This document shows positions 53,836 through 63,515 of a DNA stretch of 64,000 bases, piece after piece (the first letter of the stretch is position 1; every line of letters begins with the position of its first letter). Position numbers and translations under genes: made by a program. The notes beneath the pieces are model-generated. The model had not been told where the DNA came from and did no database searches. It saw nothing but the letters and a program-made list of their open reading frames with translations. This DNA comes from Candidatus Uhrbacteria bacterium RIFOXYB12_FULL_58_10 (lineage in GTDB: Bacteria > Patescibacteriota > Patescibacteriia > UBA9934 > GWF2-40-263): assembly GCA_943354165.1 (NCBI GenBank), contig CALRBH010000001.1, positions 80,828 to 144,827 on the forward strand, written 5' to 3'.

Positions 53836-54981
53836 ATGGAATCCAAGAGAAAAGTAAAAGCGATCCTCGTAGACATCATTCACCCCCGAATGCTGCCCGA
53901 ACATGCCCTTGAGCGTATGGGAGAGCTTGAAGAGCTCGTCCGTACGTATGGCGGGATCGTCATCGTGAAAACTTACCAGCGCCGGTTCGAGCCACACCCG
54001 CGTACGTTCATTGGTCCGGGGAAGGTGGCGGACATGATGGAAGAGGGGAAGAAGTTTGGCGTCGAGCTTATTATCGTCAATGACCAGCTCAAGCCTCGGC
54101 AGATGTATAACGTAATGGAGATTCTAAAGGGGAACCCTTCGACAGGCTCAGGGCCTAGCGGGATTCAGTGCTGGGATCGGCTTGATTTAATCCTCAAGAT
54201 TTTCGGGAAGCATGCGAAGACGACGGAAGCCCGCCTCGAAATCGAACTTGCGAGCATTCGGCACATGGGGCCGCGCATTTATGGGATGGGCATGGAGCTT
54301 TCGCGGCAGGGAGGCGGTATCGGCACGTCCGGGATTGGGGAAACCAACACGGAGCGCATGAAGCGGCACTTGCAGGAACAGGAGCTGAAGATCAAGGAAC
54401 GGATCGAACGGTACGAGCGAGTGCGGGGTCAGCATCGACAGAATCGGACTCGCAATGGATTCAAGACAGCGGCAATCGTCGGGTATACCAATGCGGGTAA
54501 GACGACGCTTTTGAACGCCCTCACTGGCAGAAAGGAATACGCGGCGAACGAGTTGTTCGCGACGCTGGATACGCGGGTGGGGGAGTGGTACCTGCCGACG
54601 ATCGGAAAAAGCGTGCTTCTTTCGGATACGATCGGGTTCATCAAGAACCTTCCGCCGGAGCTCATCAAGGCGTTCGCCTCCACGCTTTCCGAAGCGGTGG
54701 AAGCCAATATTCTTCTTCATGCCGTAGACGCCTCCGATGAACATGCCGCGGCGCATATCCGGGTGGTGGAGGAGATTCTTGGCCGTTTAGGGATCATGGG
54801 GAGCCCTCGGATCATCGTATTTACCAAGTCCGAGGATGTGACGAAGGCTGCGAGAAAACGCTTAAAATCGCTTGTGGGCGAACTTCCGTGCGTGTTCGTT
54901 TCCTCGATAACCCGTGAGGGTTTGGAGGCCCTTGGGGAGGAACTCATCCACACCCTCCAGCAGGCCCCCCCGAAGCCGTAG
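53836..54981 (+). CDS. hflX: GTPase HflX
   Basis: IGPGK, DR..LIL.IF, LSRQGGGIG..G.GET, GYTNAGKTT, LFATLD, DTIGF. Confidence 0.96.
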   Translation: MESKRKVKAILVDIIHPRMLPEHALERMGELEELVRTYGGIVIVKTYQRRFEPHPRTFIGPGKVADMMEEGKKFGVELIIVNDQLKPRQMYNVMEILKGNPSTGSGPSGIQCWDRLDLILKIFGKHAKTTEARLEIELASIRHMGPRIYGMGMELSRQGGGIGTSGIGETNTERMKRHLQEQELKIKERIERYERVRGQHRQNRTRNGFKTAAIVGYTNAGKTTLLNALTGRKEYAANELFATLDTRVGEWYLPTIGKSVLLSDTIGFIKNLPPELIKAFASTLSEAVEANILLHAVDASDEHAAAHIRVVEEILGRLGIMGSPRIIVFTKSEDVTKAARKRLKSLVGELPCVFVSSITREGLEALGEELIHTLQQAPPKP

Positions 54982-55041
54982 CGAAGGAGGGCTTGCCTGT
55001 TCCCAGGCCTTTTGCTATTATCCCGCCGAACTAGACGACCT

Positions 55042-55278
55042 ATGAAGACCTGCATTGTCACGGGCAAAAAGCCCATCTCCGGCTTTCTCGTAAGCCACTC
55101 CAACCGCCATGTGAAGCGCTGGTTGTTTCCAGCCGTCACCAAGCGCACACTTTTGAACCCAGCAACGGGTCGCAAGGTCACGGTGATGATCTCTAACCGA
55201 GGTCTCCGCACCCTGAAGAAGTGGCAGCGTGAAGGGAAGGTGTACAACCTTTCGACCATGGGATCAGAGCTTTGCTAA
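55042..55278 (+). CDS. rpmB: 50S ribosomal protein L28
   Basis: C.VTGKKP..G..VSHSN...KR...P...S.RGLRT. Confidence 0.93.
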   Translation: MKTCIVTGKKPISGFLVSHSNRHVKRWLFPAVTKRTLLNPATGRKVTVMISNRGLRTLKKWQREGKVYNLSTMGSELC

Positions 55279-55351
55279 ACATCATCTCCGCCCCTCGGGC
55301 GGAGTTTTGTTTTGTGGTAAAATGAATCACCGATAATTTTCATTTTTCGCT

Positions 55352-55753
55352 ATGGCTGACCTGAACCGTCTCCAAGAAATTCACAACGAGATGCACGGGA
55401 AGAAGCATCGCCGGAAAGAGCTTGCCCAGACGTTCAAGGATGAACTCGCCCAGCATGCTCGCTATCAGGAGCTTCTGGAGGAAATGGAGACCTTAAAGAT
55501 TGAAAAGAGTTCCATCGAAAATCTCGTTCGCGAAACCGCCCCTAAGGATGCCGCTGAGCTCGAAGATCTCAAGGTGGAGATCAAGGCCGATGAAGAACTG
55601 CTCTCCGACCTCGCCATGACGCTCATCATGCAAAACGAAATTGTTGAACTCGTGGATGAGCAGTTGAACCGATATGTCGCCCACATGCTCGTGAAGTTTA
55701 AGAAGGATGGCATGGTGGATACGGACAAGCAAAAAAAATCTACCGAAGCGTGA
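55352..55753 (+). CDS. hypothetical coiled-coil protein
   Basis: 133-aa acidic helical ORF filling the gap between rpmB and the LOG gene. Confidence 0.75.
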   Translation: MADLNRLQEIHNEMHGKKHRRKELAQTFKDELAQHARYQELLEEMETLKIEKSSIENLVRETAPKDAAELEDLKVEIKADEELLSDLAMTLIMQNEIVELVDEQLNRYVAHMLVKFKKDGMVDTDKQKKSTEA

Positions 55754-55768
55754 TATACTCATTGAAGT

Positions 55769-56509
55769 ATGGCCAAAGGGGGAAAGAACAAGAAACAACC
55801 ATTCGACATGCACGGTCGTGTTTGTCGTATTCCGCTTCCCCCTGACGAAGCAGTACAGACGGCGGTCCCTGCGCAGATGAACGAGATCACTTGGCGCATT
55901 TTCCGCATCATGGCGGAGTTTGTGGAAGGATTTCAGTTCCTTTCCCAGTTTAACCGCGAAGTCAGCATCTTCGGTTCTGCGCGGTTGAAAGAGGATCACA
56001 AGTGGTACCAGGAAGCGCGTAGGCTCGGGCAGCTGCTTGCCGAATGCGGATTCACTACCATTACTGGTGGCGGCCCTGGGATCATGGAAGCGGCCAATCG
56101 CGGCGCGATGGAGCGCGAGGGCATTTCCGTTGGCATCAACATCCAGCTTCCTCTTGAGCAGCGCATCAACCCCTATGTGAACAAGGGGAGGGGTTTCCAT
56201 TATTTTTTTACGCGTAAAATCATGCTTGCGGCTTCCGCCCAGGCGTATGTCTTTTTCCCGGGCGGGTTCGGGACGCTCGATGAAATGTTTGAAATGATCA
56301 CGCTCATCCAGACGGGGAAGTCCATCAGGATTCCCATCGTGCTTGTCGGGAAATCCTTTTGGCGGCCCTTGTTCGACTGGGTGGACGCCCAGATGATTCC
56401 GCACAAGCTCATCGCACCGGAAGACCGCGCCATCTACCGCATCGTCGATACGGCGGAGGAGGCGTTCGACATCATTCAGGACGAATCCAGGGAACGGAGT
56501 TTCTTTTGA
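55769..56509 (+). CDS. LOG family (TIGR00730-like) protein
   Basis: FGSAR, TGGGPGIMEAAN, FFTRK, PGGFGTLDE. Confidence 0.93.
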   Translation: MAKGGKNKKQPFDMHGRVCRIPLPPDEAVQTAVPAQMNEITWRIFRIMAEFVEGFQFLSQFNREVSIFGSARLKEDHKWYQEARRLGQLLAECGFTTITGGGPGIMEAANRGAMEREGISVGINIQLPLEQRINPYVNKGRGFHYFFTRKIMLAASAQAYVFFPGGFGTLDEMFEMITLIQTGKSIRIPIVLVGKSFWRPLFDWVDAQMIPHKLIAPEDRAIYRIVDTAEEAFDIIQDESRERSFF

Positions 56510-56510
56510 T

Positions 56511-57896
56511 ATGGCCAAGCATCATCACAACAGCAGCATACCCGAAGCGTGGGTCATTGACGTTGATATGGGCTACGGCCACAGCCGTGCGGCGTTTGCG
56601 CTGCGCGACCTGTGCGGGGGATCGGTGATCACCGCCAACGCCTATAAGGGAATCCCCGACCTCGACCGCCGCCTCTGGAAGCTCACCCGCCAGGCATATG
56701 AGTTCGTGTCCAGGCTCAAGCCTATTCCGCTCATCGGAGATGCGGCGTTCGAGATCATGGACCGCATGCAGAGGATCCCAAACTTCTACCCAAGGCGCGA
56801 CCTGTCGAAGCCGAGTCTTCAAGTACGTCAAACCTATACGTTACTCAAGCGCGGGCTGTGCAAGCACCTGATCGCCGCACTCGGCAAAAAACCCCTCGGC
56901 CGTAGCTCGTATAAGCCTATTGGCGAGGCGCTTCCACTCGTTTCCACCTTTCCCATTCCTGCGCTCGCCGCCGAATATTTCAACTATCCAGGCGAGATCT
57001 ACTGCGTGACCACGGATACGGACGTGAACCGGGCCTGGGTCCCGCTTGATCCCAAGCGGAGCCGCATCAAGTACTTCGCCTCGTCCGGGCGCGTGGTGGA
57101 GCGGCTGAAATTATACGGCGTAAAGGAGAGCCACATCTTCCTTACGGGGTTTCCTATGCCCAAGGAACTCATTGGCGGGCCGAACGCCAAGCCTCTCAAG
57201 GAACTTCTTGCCGCCCGGTTGTGCAACCTCGATCCAAAGGGGATTTTTCATGAGCGTTACTCAAAAGCGCTCCATCAGGAGCTTGGAACGGAGCTTTGCC
57301 GGATGACCAAGGCGGCACACCCCCTCACCCTCACGTATTCCGTGGGCGGGGCCGGGGCGCAGCGCCAGCTCGGGGTGGACATCATGAAAAGCCTTCGTAC
57401 GCACATCACACGGCGCAACATCCGTGTGAACTTAGTGGCCGGTGTGCGACATGACGTAGCGAAGTTTTATCAGGAGGCGGCCATAGATCTTGGGCTGCGC
57501 AAGCACCTTGGTAAAGGGCTCGTGATCCCCACGTTCGAATCGCGCCTCGGGTATTTCGAAGGGTTCACGAAGATCTTGGAGACGACGGACATCCTCTGGA
57601 CGAAGCCGAGCGAGCTCTCGTTCTATACCGGTCTCGGACTTCCCATCATTATGGCACCTACCATCGGCAGCCAGGAGGATTTTAATAGGCTCTGGCTGCA
57701 GTACGTGGGAGGAGGGGCCATGCAGTTTGAGACCCCGCACGTGAACGAATGGCTGTTCGACTGGATCGATTCCGGCTCCCTCGCACGCCTCGCCTGGAAC
57801 GGCTATGTGCAGGCGCCCACGCATGGCACGTACCGAATTGAGGATACGGTCCTCGGCCGGCCGAGTGAGCTGGAGGAATTGCCGCTCATCGTATGA
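56511..57896 (+). CDS. hypothetical GT-B-like protein (UgtP/MGDG-synthase-like motifs)
   Basis: MGYGH.RAA, TGFP, LWTKPSE, PTIGSQE..N. Confidence 0.65.
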   Translation: MAKHHHNSSIPEAWVIDVDMGYGHSRAAFALRDLCGGSVITANAYKGIPDLDRRLWKLTRQAYEFVSRLKPIPLIGDAAFEIMDRMQRIPNFYPRRDLSKPSLQVRQTYTLLKRGLCKHLIAALGKKPLGRSSYKPIGEALPLVSTFPIPALAAEYFNYPGEIYCVTTDTDVNRAWVPLDPKRSRIKYFASSGRVVERLKLYGVKESHIFLTGFPMPKELIGGPNAKPLKELLAARLCNLDPKGIFHERYSKALHQELGTELCRMTKAAHPLTLTYSVGGAGAQRQLGVDIMKSLRTHITRRNIRVNLVAGVRHDVAKFYQEAAIDLGLRKHLGKGLVIPTFESRLGYFEGFTKILETTDILWTKPSELSFYTGLGLPIIMAPTIGSQEDFNRLWLQYVGGGAMQFETPHVNEWLFDWIDSGSLARLAWNGYVQAPTHGTYRIEDTVLGRPSELEELPLIV

Positions 57897-60655
57897 AGCG
57901 ATCCCCGTTGAGTGTCATTGTCTTTATTCTCATTGCCCTTGGCGTCGGTGTCTGGTGGGTGTATTTGCAGTTCCTCGTCGTTCACACCCTCCCCATCAAT
58001 TTCCTCTTTAATGCGGCGTATGCCGTCCCGTTCTTTGTGGCTGGGGGCATCATGTTGCGTTCCGTCTGGGGCTGGCGGCACAAACATGTTCCTGAATCCC
58101 CTATCATCCTCCTCATTCTTCTTTCCCTGGTGTTTTATGGCTTTGCGCAGCTTGCGTGGACCTATAATAATTTTACCTTTGGGGTTGAGGTCCCGGAATT
58201 TTCCCTCGCCGATGTTTTCTATATCTCTTCTGTCCTGCTGCAATTGATGGGTGCCGGGAGTCTTCTTGTCCATCAGGTTCGTAAGCAGCCAAGTAAACTC
58301 GCTGCGACAGGCTTCTACATATTTATCGCCGTCCTTGCGAGTTTTGCAAGCGCCTATGGCCTGTTTTCTGTCCTGAAAGGCCTTCAGAACAGCCGTGTCA
58401 TAACGCTTGAGTCGTTTTACACCACCGTATCTTTTTTCACGATCTTTGCCACCATTTTCGCCATCAATCGTGACAAGCACGGGGAAATGCGCCCGTTCCT
58501 TTACCTGTTTTTCGTCTCAGCGGTGGCTCATGCAGGAGCGGATTTCTTTTTCGCTTTGCGTGCGAGATCTGAGCTGTACTGGAATGGAGATTTCGTAGAC
58601 GGCATGTATGCGATGTCCGCTCTTTTTGTGTATTATGCGGCGCTTTGCCTCCCAGCATCACTCGACCATAGTGCCAAGGAGGAATACACCAAAGACCGAT
58701 GGGGAAGTTTTCTCCTTCCGATTGCGATCCTGCTCGTAGGCTTGCTTGCCGCCGTACAGGTTGGAGATTTCTTGTTTGTGGATAGACAACATCAACTCCA
58801 AAATGATGCGGACATGGCTGTGGAGCGCTATGTGGAAATCGTGCAGAAAAACATGCAAGTTCATATCGCATCGGTTCTTGCGGTAGCAGGATTTATTGAG
58901 GGAGATGAACAGATTACGGAAGAAGAATTCAAGAAAATTATTCAGGTACTGCATATCGATGAAACGCTTCCGGATCTCCGTCTTTATTTTGTCGGCCTTG
59001 ATCATCGTGTGGTATTTTCCGAAAAGCCATCGATCATAGGTTTGGACGTTTTCTCAGATCCGCAGTGGCAACTGATTCTGGAGGAAACGATCGCTTCCAC
59101 CAAACTCGTCATCTCCAAGCCGGTACCTCTCGTCTCAAGGGTTCCCGGCATTCTGCTCATGAAATCCGTCTATAAAGACGGGGTGTACGTAGGAACAGTC
59201 GTGGGGACCGTGAGATTGTCAGAGCTCATGACGGCGCTTCATGCTTTTTCTGAGCAAGAACAGCTCGATATTCAACTACTGCTTTCGGAGTCCATTGTGT
59301 CTTCGGACGGACTTGCGGTGTTCAATCTCGCATTTGACCCGATTTTTTTGGATCCATCTCTCATTGAGAAGAGGGTGTTCGTTCCGTTTCATCCACAAGC
59401 CATCATGGGCCGTGCCGTGTTCCTGGTAGGTACGGATGAATGGCAGTTGGATGTCGGTATCCGTCAGGATCGGCAAAATTCTGCTTATACAATAGCGATC
59501 TCTGTGTTTCTTGGGGTGTTCACGTTGATATTTGCGCTCGCGATGGTGGTGTATTTACTCACCTCTCAGCGTGTGCGCCTGCGCGAGCAGTTGGAGATGA
59601 AAACGCGCTCCCTAAAGAAATCCATTTCCGACCTTTCTGAAAAGAAGTCTTACCTCGATAGCGTAAGCGATGCGGTCGTTGTGCGTGCTGGATCCGCAGT
59701 TCTCTATAAAAACGCCGCCGCCGTGCGCCTGTTCGGAACGGAGAACGGACACAAGGAATGGCCTTACAACACGATAAATATCGACAGAGATGAGGTGCAC
59801 GAATCTTTGGTGCAGAAGCATGTGTTCGAAGGGGAGGGTCAGACGGGCAAGAAGGACCTTTCACGTGATGTCCTTGTGTCCGTTCGGATGCTTGCGGAAG
59901 ATGGGCGTCGTGGAACGGAACTTTTGTTGGCGCGAGACATTACGGATCGAAAAAACATCGAGCGGGCAAAGACGCAGTTCGTTTCGCTTGTCGCCCATCA
60001 GTTGCGCACTCCGATGACCCAGCTGCGATGGATGGTGGAAACCATGGAAGGATCGAAACGCCTGTCGGCGCACACACGTGAGACCCTTGAGGATATGCAC
60101 GCAATTATCCTAAAAGAGAATCAATTCGTGGGCGACCTATTGAATGTTTCGCGTATTGAACGCGGAGTACTCAAGCTTAATACGGGAAACGTTGGCGTCG
60201 AAGACCTCCTCAAAAAGACGGTGTCCCCGCTCCTTCCCCTAGTTAAGGAGCGGAAGATTTATATAATCATTGAGGATATTCCACGCACAGCTCGCATTCA
60301 TGTCGATGAAGAGAAGACGATCGAGGCGCTCAGGAATCTGGTGGATAATGCTGTGAAGTATGCGCCGGTCGGTTCCACGGTTACGTTGGATGCCGTACGG
60401 AACAGGGATGCCTGGGAAGTGCGCGTCACGGATCAGGGTGCAGGCATTCCGGATGAATTGCAGTCGCGGCTCTTCGATATTAAAACCAGCATCTCCGTCT
60501 CATCGAATCAAAATGCGTCCAGTACCGGCCTTGGGCTGTACCTTACGAAAAAGTTTATTGAAGGCATGGGAGGCACCATCAGGTTTGAGACCTCTTCCAA
60601 AGGGACAACGTTCTTCGTGCAGCTTCCATCCGCCTCTAAAGAATCCGCCGCCTAG
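57893..60655 (+). CDS. multi-TM sensor histidine kinase (CHASE-like and PAS domains)
   Basis: RDITDRK, VAHQLRTP, NLVDNAVKY, DQGAGI, TGLGL. Confidence 0.92.
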   Translation: MKRSPLSVIVFILIALGVGVWWVYLQFLVVHTLPINFLFNAAYAVPFFVAGGIMLRSVWGWRHKHVPESPIILLILLSLVFYGFAQLAWTYNNFTFGVEVPEFSLADVFYISSVLLQLMGAGSLLVHQVRKQPSKLAATGFYIFIAVLASFASAYGLFSVLKGLQNSRVITLESFYTTVSFFTIFATIFAINRDKHGEMRPFLYLFFVSAVAHAGADFFFALRARSELYWNGDFVDGMYAMSALFVYYAALCLPASLDHSAKEEYTKDRWGSFLLPIAILLVGLLAAVQVGDFLFVDRQHQLQNDADMAVERYVEIVQKNMQVHIASVLAVAGFIEGDEQITEEEFKKIIQVLHIDETLPDLRLYFVGLDHRVVFSEKPSIIGLDVFSDPQWQLILEETIASTKLVISKPVPLVSRVPGILLMKSVYKDGVYVGTVVGTVRLSELMTALHAFSEQEQLDIQLLLSESIVSSDGLAVFNLAFDPIFLDPSLIEKRVFVPFHPQAIMGRAVFLVGTDEWQLDVGIRQDRQNSAYTIAISVFLGVFTLIFALAMVVYLLTSQRVRLREQLEMKTRSLKKSISDLSEKKSYLDSVSDAVVVRAGSAVLYKNAAAVRLFGTENGHKEWPYNTINIDRDEVHESLVQKHVFEGEGQTGKKDLSRDVLVSVRMLAEDGRRGTELLLARDITDRKNIERAKTQFVSLVAHQLRTPMTQLRWMVETMEGSKRLSAHTRETLEDMHAIILKENQFVGDLLNVSRIERGVLKLNTGNVGVEDLLKKTVSPLLPLVKERKIYIIIEDIPRTARIHVDEEKTIEALRNLVDNAVKYAPVGSTVTLDAVRNRDAWEVRVTDQGAGIPDELQSRLFDIKTSISVSSNQNASSTGLGLYLTKKFIEGMGGTIRFETSSKGTTFFVQLPSASKESAA

Positions 60656-60696
60656 GCTTGTCCTTCCGGCTCCCGCGCGTTATCCTCCTAGACGTT

Positions 60697-60867
60697 ATGG
60701 AAGATCAAAATACGGCCTATTGTCCCTCTTGTCGTGAAGACCGCGTACTGCTTGACGCGGAGCCTGTGCGCATCCCTTCCGGAAGTGGCACGCAGGAAGC
60801 TCTGAAGGGAACCTGTGCCGTCTGCGGCGTAGCCATCATCTCTATTACTTCGAAGGAAACGCGTTGA
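60697..60867 (+). CDS. small Zn-ribbon protein (DUF5679-like)
   Basis: AYCPSCR...ALKGTCAVCG. Confidence 0.75.
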   Translation: MEDQNTAYCPSCREDRVLLDAEPVRIPSGSGTQEALKGTCAVCGVAIISITSKETR

Positions 60868-60868
60868 T

Positions 60869-62437
60869 ATGGCTACATCCATTAAAGTGTTGCTGGAAGC
60901 CGTGGAGCACGAGCGCGCCCTGCACGGGGCCGCCACCTCTGGAGAGGTGATCATGGTGAGCGACACCGTATCCGCTGCGGCAAGCGTGTACGAATCGCTG
61001 CGGAATACCCTTGAATACGATGAAGAACATTTACTCAGGCGCAATGCGATCCGACGCATCCTCAAGCGCCGTATCGGCGAGGAGTCGGCAGAGGCGTTTT
61101 CCATCGATCTGTTGCGCGAGCTCATTTGGGCGCGGTATCTCCCAAATGGGAAGGTTCCTGAAATGATGGTGGCCACGGTCGCCGGCATCCTTGCAAAATA
61201 CCGCGTGCTGTTTGATACAGCCGAAGGAGCCGGCAACGACATGGAAGAGTGGCTGCTCGACGTAGTTTCCGCCGAGGTTGAATATGCGCTCTCTCCACCC
61301 TATGGAGACGAAGCACTTGCAAACCTCGCCTATGAGGAACTGCGCAGCCGCATCCAGTGGGCGTCTACGGTAGTTGCTGAACAGGACCGCGACCTGCAGC
61401 TATATATCGCCGTTCACCGAGCGGCCCTGAAGTCGAACCTCGCGACGTTGCGTTTCCGCACGCTCTGCCTATTTTTCCCAGACTGGTCGAAAGCGCACAA
61501 GGACAGTTCTGTGGTTTCGGAACTCTCCGCGGCCCTTCCGGACGTCATCCAGACCATCGAGCGACACATGCAGCATCCGGCCTCGGACCAAATGTTCCGG
61601 CTGGTGCGCAAGTATATTTTCGCCTTCCAACTTCTGCATGATGTCGCCCGGGACCACCCGGAAGATCTGTCAGCTGCGTTGAACGGTGATACGGCGGGGC
61701 TCGACGCTTCGCTCAAGAAGGCGGCGTCTTCCCGTTACCGCAAATTTCATGCCCGATTGCGCCGCGGCGTGGTGCGTGCAGTGCTGTTCCTGTTGTGCAC
61801 CAAATCCATCCTCGCGCTCCTGATCGAGCTTCCGTATGAACGATTTGTGCTCGGTGAGTCCGCGTGGACTCCGCTTCTCGTCAACATTACGTTCCATCCG
61901 TTCCTTCTCGGATTCATCGGTCTCACGGTGACGATTCCGGAAAAGAAAAATACGGCACGTGTTCTTGAACTTGCTCACGCGCTCCTCGGCCAGGGCAATG
62001 ATTTCACCGTCACGTTCAAAGCCAAGCGCACCTGGGGCCGCGGCACCCTCGCGCTCGTGTTCCGCCTGCTGTACGCCGCGTTCTTCCTGTTTACCATCGG
62101 CGTCATCGCGACGTTCCTCACGGCGTTGCACTTCAATCCGCTTTCCATCGCGTTCTTCATCTTTTTCCTCGCGCTCGTGACCTTCTTCGGGTTGAAAATC
62201 CGGAGTAGTCGTAAGGAGCTCCTGGTCATTGAGACAGGTGGCGGGTTCTTCGGAACCATCTCCGACGTCCTATTTCTTCCGCTCATCCGCGCCGGACGCT
62301 GGATTGCCATGCGCGCGCCACGCGTGAACATCTTCCTGTTCTTCCTCGACTACATCATTGAGGCGCCGTTCAAGAGCGCGATCCGTCTGATCGAAGGCTG
62401 GCTCTCTTATCTACGCGAAAAGCGTGAAGAAATATAA
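60869..62437 (+). CDS. hypothetical membrane protein
   Basis: 522 aa; YE.LRN.LEY.EEHLLRRNAIRRILKRR; C-terminal TMs. Confidence 0.8.
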   Translation: MATSIKVLLEAVEHERALHGAATSGEVIMVSDTVSAAASVYESLRNTLEYDEEHLLRRNAIRRILKRRIGEESAEAFSIDLLRELIWARYLPNGKVPEMMVATVAGILAKYRVLFDTAEGAGNDMEEWLLDVVSAEVEYALSPPYGDEALANLAYEELRSRIQWASTVVAEQDRDLQLYIAVHRAALKSNLATLRFRTLCLFFPDWSKAHKDSSVVSELSAALPDVIQTIERHMQHPASDQMFRLVRKYIFAFQLLHDVARDHPEDLSAALNGDTAGLDASLKKAASSRYRKFHARLRRGVVRAVLFLLCTKSILALLIELPYERFVLGESAWTPLLVNITFHPFLLGFIGLTVTIPEKKNTARVLELAHALLGQGNDFTVTFKAKRTWGRGTLALVFRLLYAAFFLFTIGVIATFLTALHFNPLSIAFFIFFLALVTFFGLKIRSSRKELLVIETGGGFFGTISDVLFLPLIRAGRWIAMRAPRVNIFLFFLDYIIEAPFKSAIRLIEGWLSYLREKREEI

Positions 62438-62439
62438 CT

Positions 62440-63399
62440 ATGAAGCTCTCGCCTATTGCGATCTTGGTTGCAATTTGCGTGAGCCTCGCCGCTCTTGCGG
62501 TTTGGGCCATGCCTCAAGTGGAGCCGCGCTGGGGCGTGACGTTTTCCACCAAGTATTCTCGCGAGCTCGGGTTGAATCCGGAAACCGTGTTTTGGGAGGT
62601 GGTGAACGACCTGAACGTCCGTGCAATCCGGTTGCCCGTGTATTGGGATGAGGTGAATCCACAATTCGACGTTTGGAATTGGCAGCCGTACGACCATCTG
62701 GTTGAAATGGCCGATGAGAAGGGGGTCGCCCTCACGCTTGCGGTGGGAATGAAGACGCCGCGCTGGCCGGAATGCCATGTTCCAGAATGGGCCGCCTCCA
62801 TTTCCTCCATCGATTCATTCGACAAGCAGCGATCCGCCTACATCGATGCGGTTATTAAACGATACGACGGACACGTCTCCGTGGAGCGGTATCAGATCGA
62901 GAATGAGCCGTTGTTTCCGTTTGGTGAGTGTCCGGGTTCCAGCATCGAGCGGCTGGAAGAAGAAGTGCATCGTGCGAGGCTTGTGACGACGAAGCCAATA
63001 CAAATCACGGCGAGCGGAGAATTCGAGCTCTGGAGCCGTGTGGCCCCTCTTGTCGATGTCCTTGGCGTTTCCCTTTATCGCATTTCCTGGAACGATGCAT
63101 ACGGTTTTTTTCGCTATCCCATTCCCGCCGCGTATTACCGATTACGGGCTATGGGTATCCAGCGTCCGGTTATTATTTCCGAGCTTCAGGCCGAGCCGTG
63201 GTTTCCCGTCTCCATTGAGAGTCACCCCGCCTCTTATTGGGCGCAGCTGTTCACGTCCAATGATTTCCGCGACCAGGTCCGCTTTGCCCGCCGGACCGGA
63301 TTGTCCGAAGCGTATCTTTGGGGGGTGGAGTGGTGGTACTATTTGCGTGCTCACGGATATCCAGAGCTTTGGGACGCTGCGCGTCCTCTTTGGCGGTAA
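62440..63399 (+). CDS. clan GH-A-like glycoside hydrolase
   Basis: IRLPVYW, PRWPECH.P.W, QIENEP (acid/base), ISELQAEPW (nucleophile). Confidence 0.8.
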   Translation: MKLSPIAILVAICVSLAALAVWAMPQVEPRWGVTFSTKYSRELGLNPETVFWEVVNDLNVRAIRLPVYWDEVNPQFDVWNWQPYDHLVEMADEKGVALTLAVGMKTPRWPECHVPEWAASISSIDSFDKQRSAYIDAVIKRYDGHVSVERYQIENEPLFPFGECPGSSIERLEEEVHRARLVTTKPIQITASGEFELWSRVAPLVDVLGVSLYRISWNDAYGFFRYPIPAAYYRLRAMGIQRPVIISELQAEPWFPVSIESHPASYWAQLFTSNDFRDQVRFARRTGLSEAYLWGVEWWYYLRAHGYPELWDAARPLWR

Positions 63400-63498
63400 G
63401 GGCGGTTAGGGTTGTAAGGGGAGTAAGGGATTTTCCTTTCGCTCTATTCGTTCTGTCGCCCTTACCGTCCATTACCACCCTTACAACCCTTACCACCC
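63392..63498. repeat. inverted nonamer arrays, empty element
   Basis: GGCGGTAAG GGCGGTTAG GGTTGTAAG GGGAGTAAG ... CTTACCGTC C ATTACCACC CTTACAACC CTTACCACC. Confidence 0.92.
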
Positions 63499-63515
63499 AA
63501 CGATCCCACGAATCT

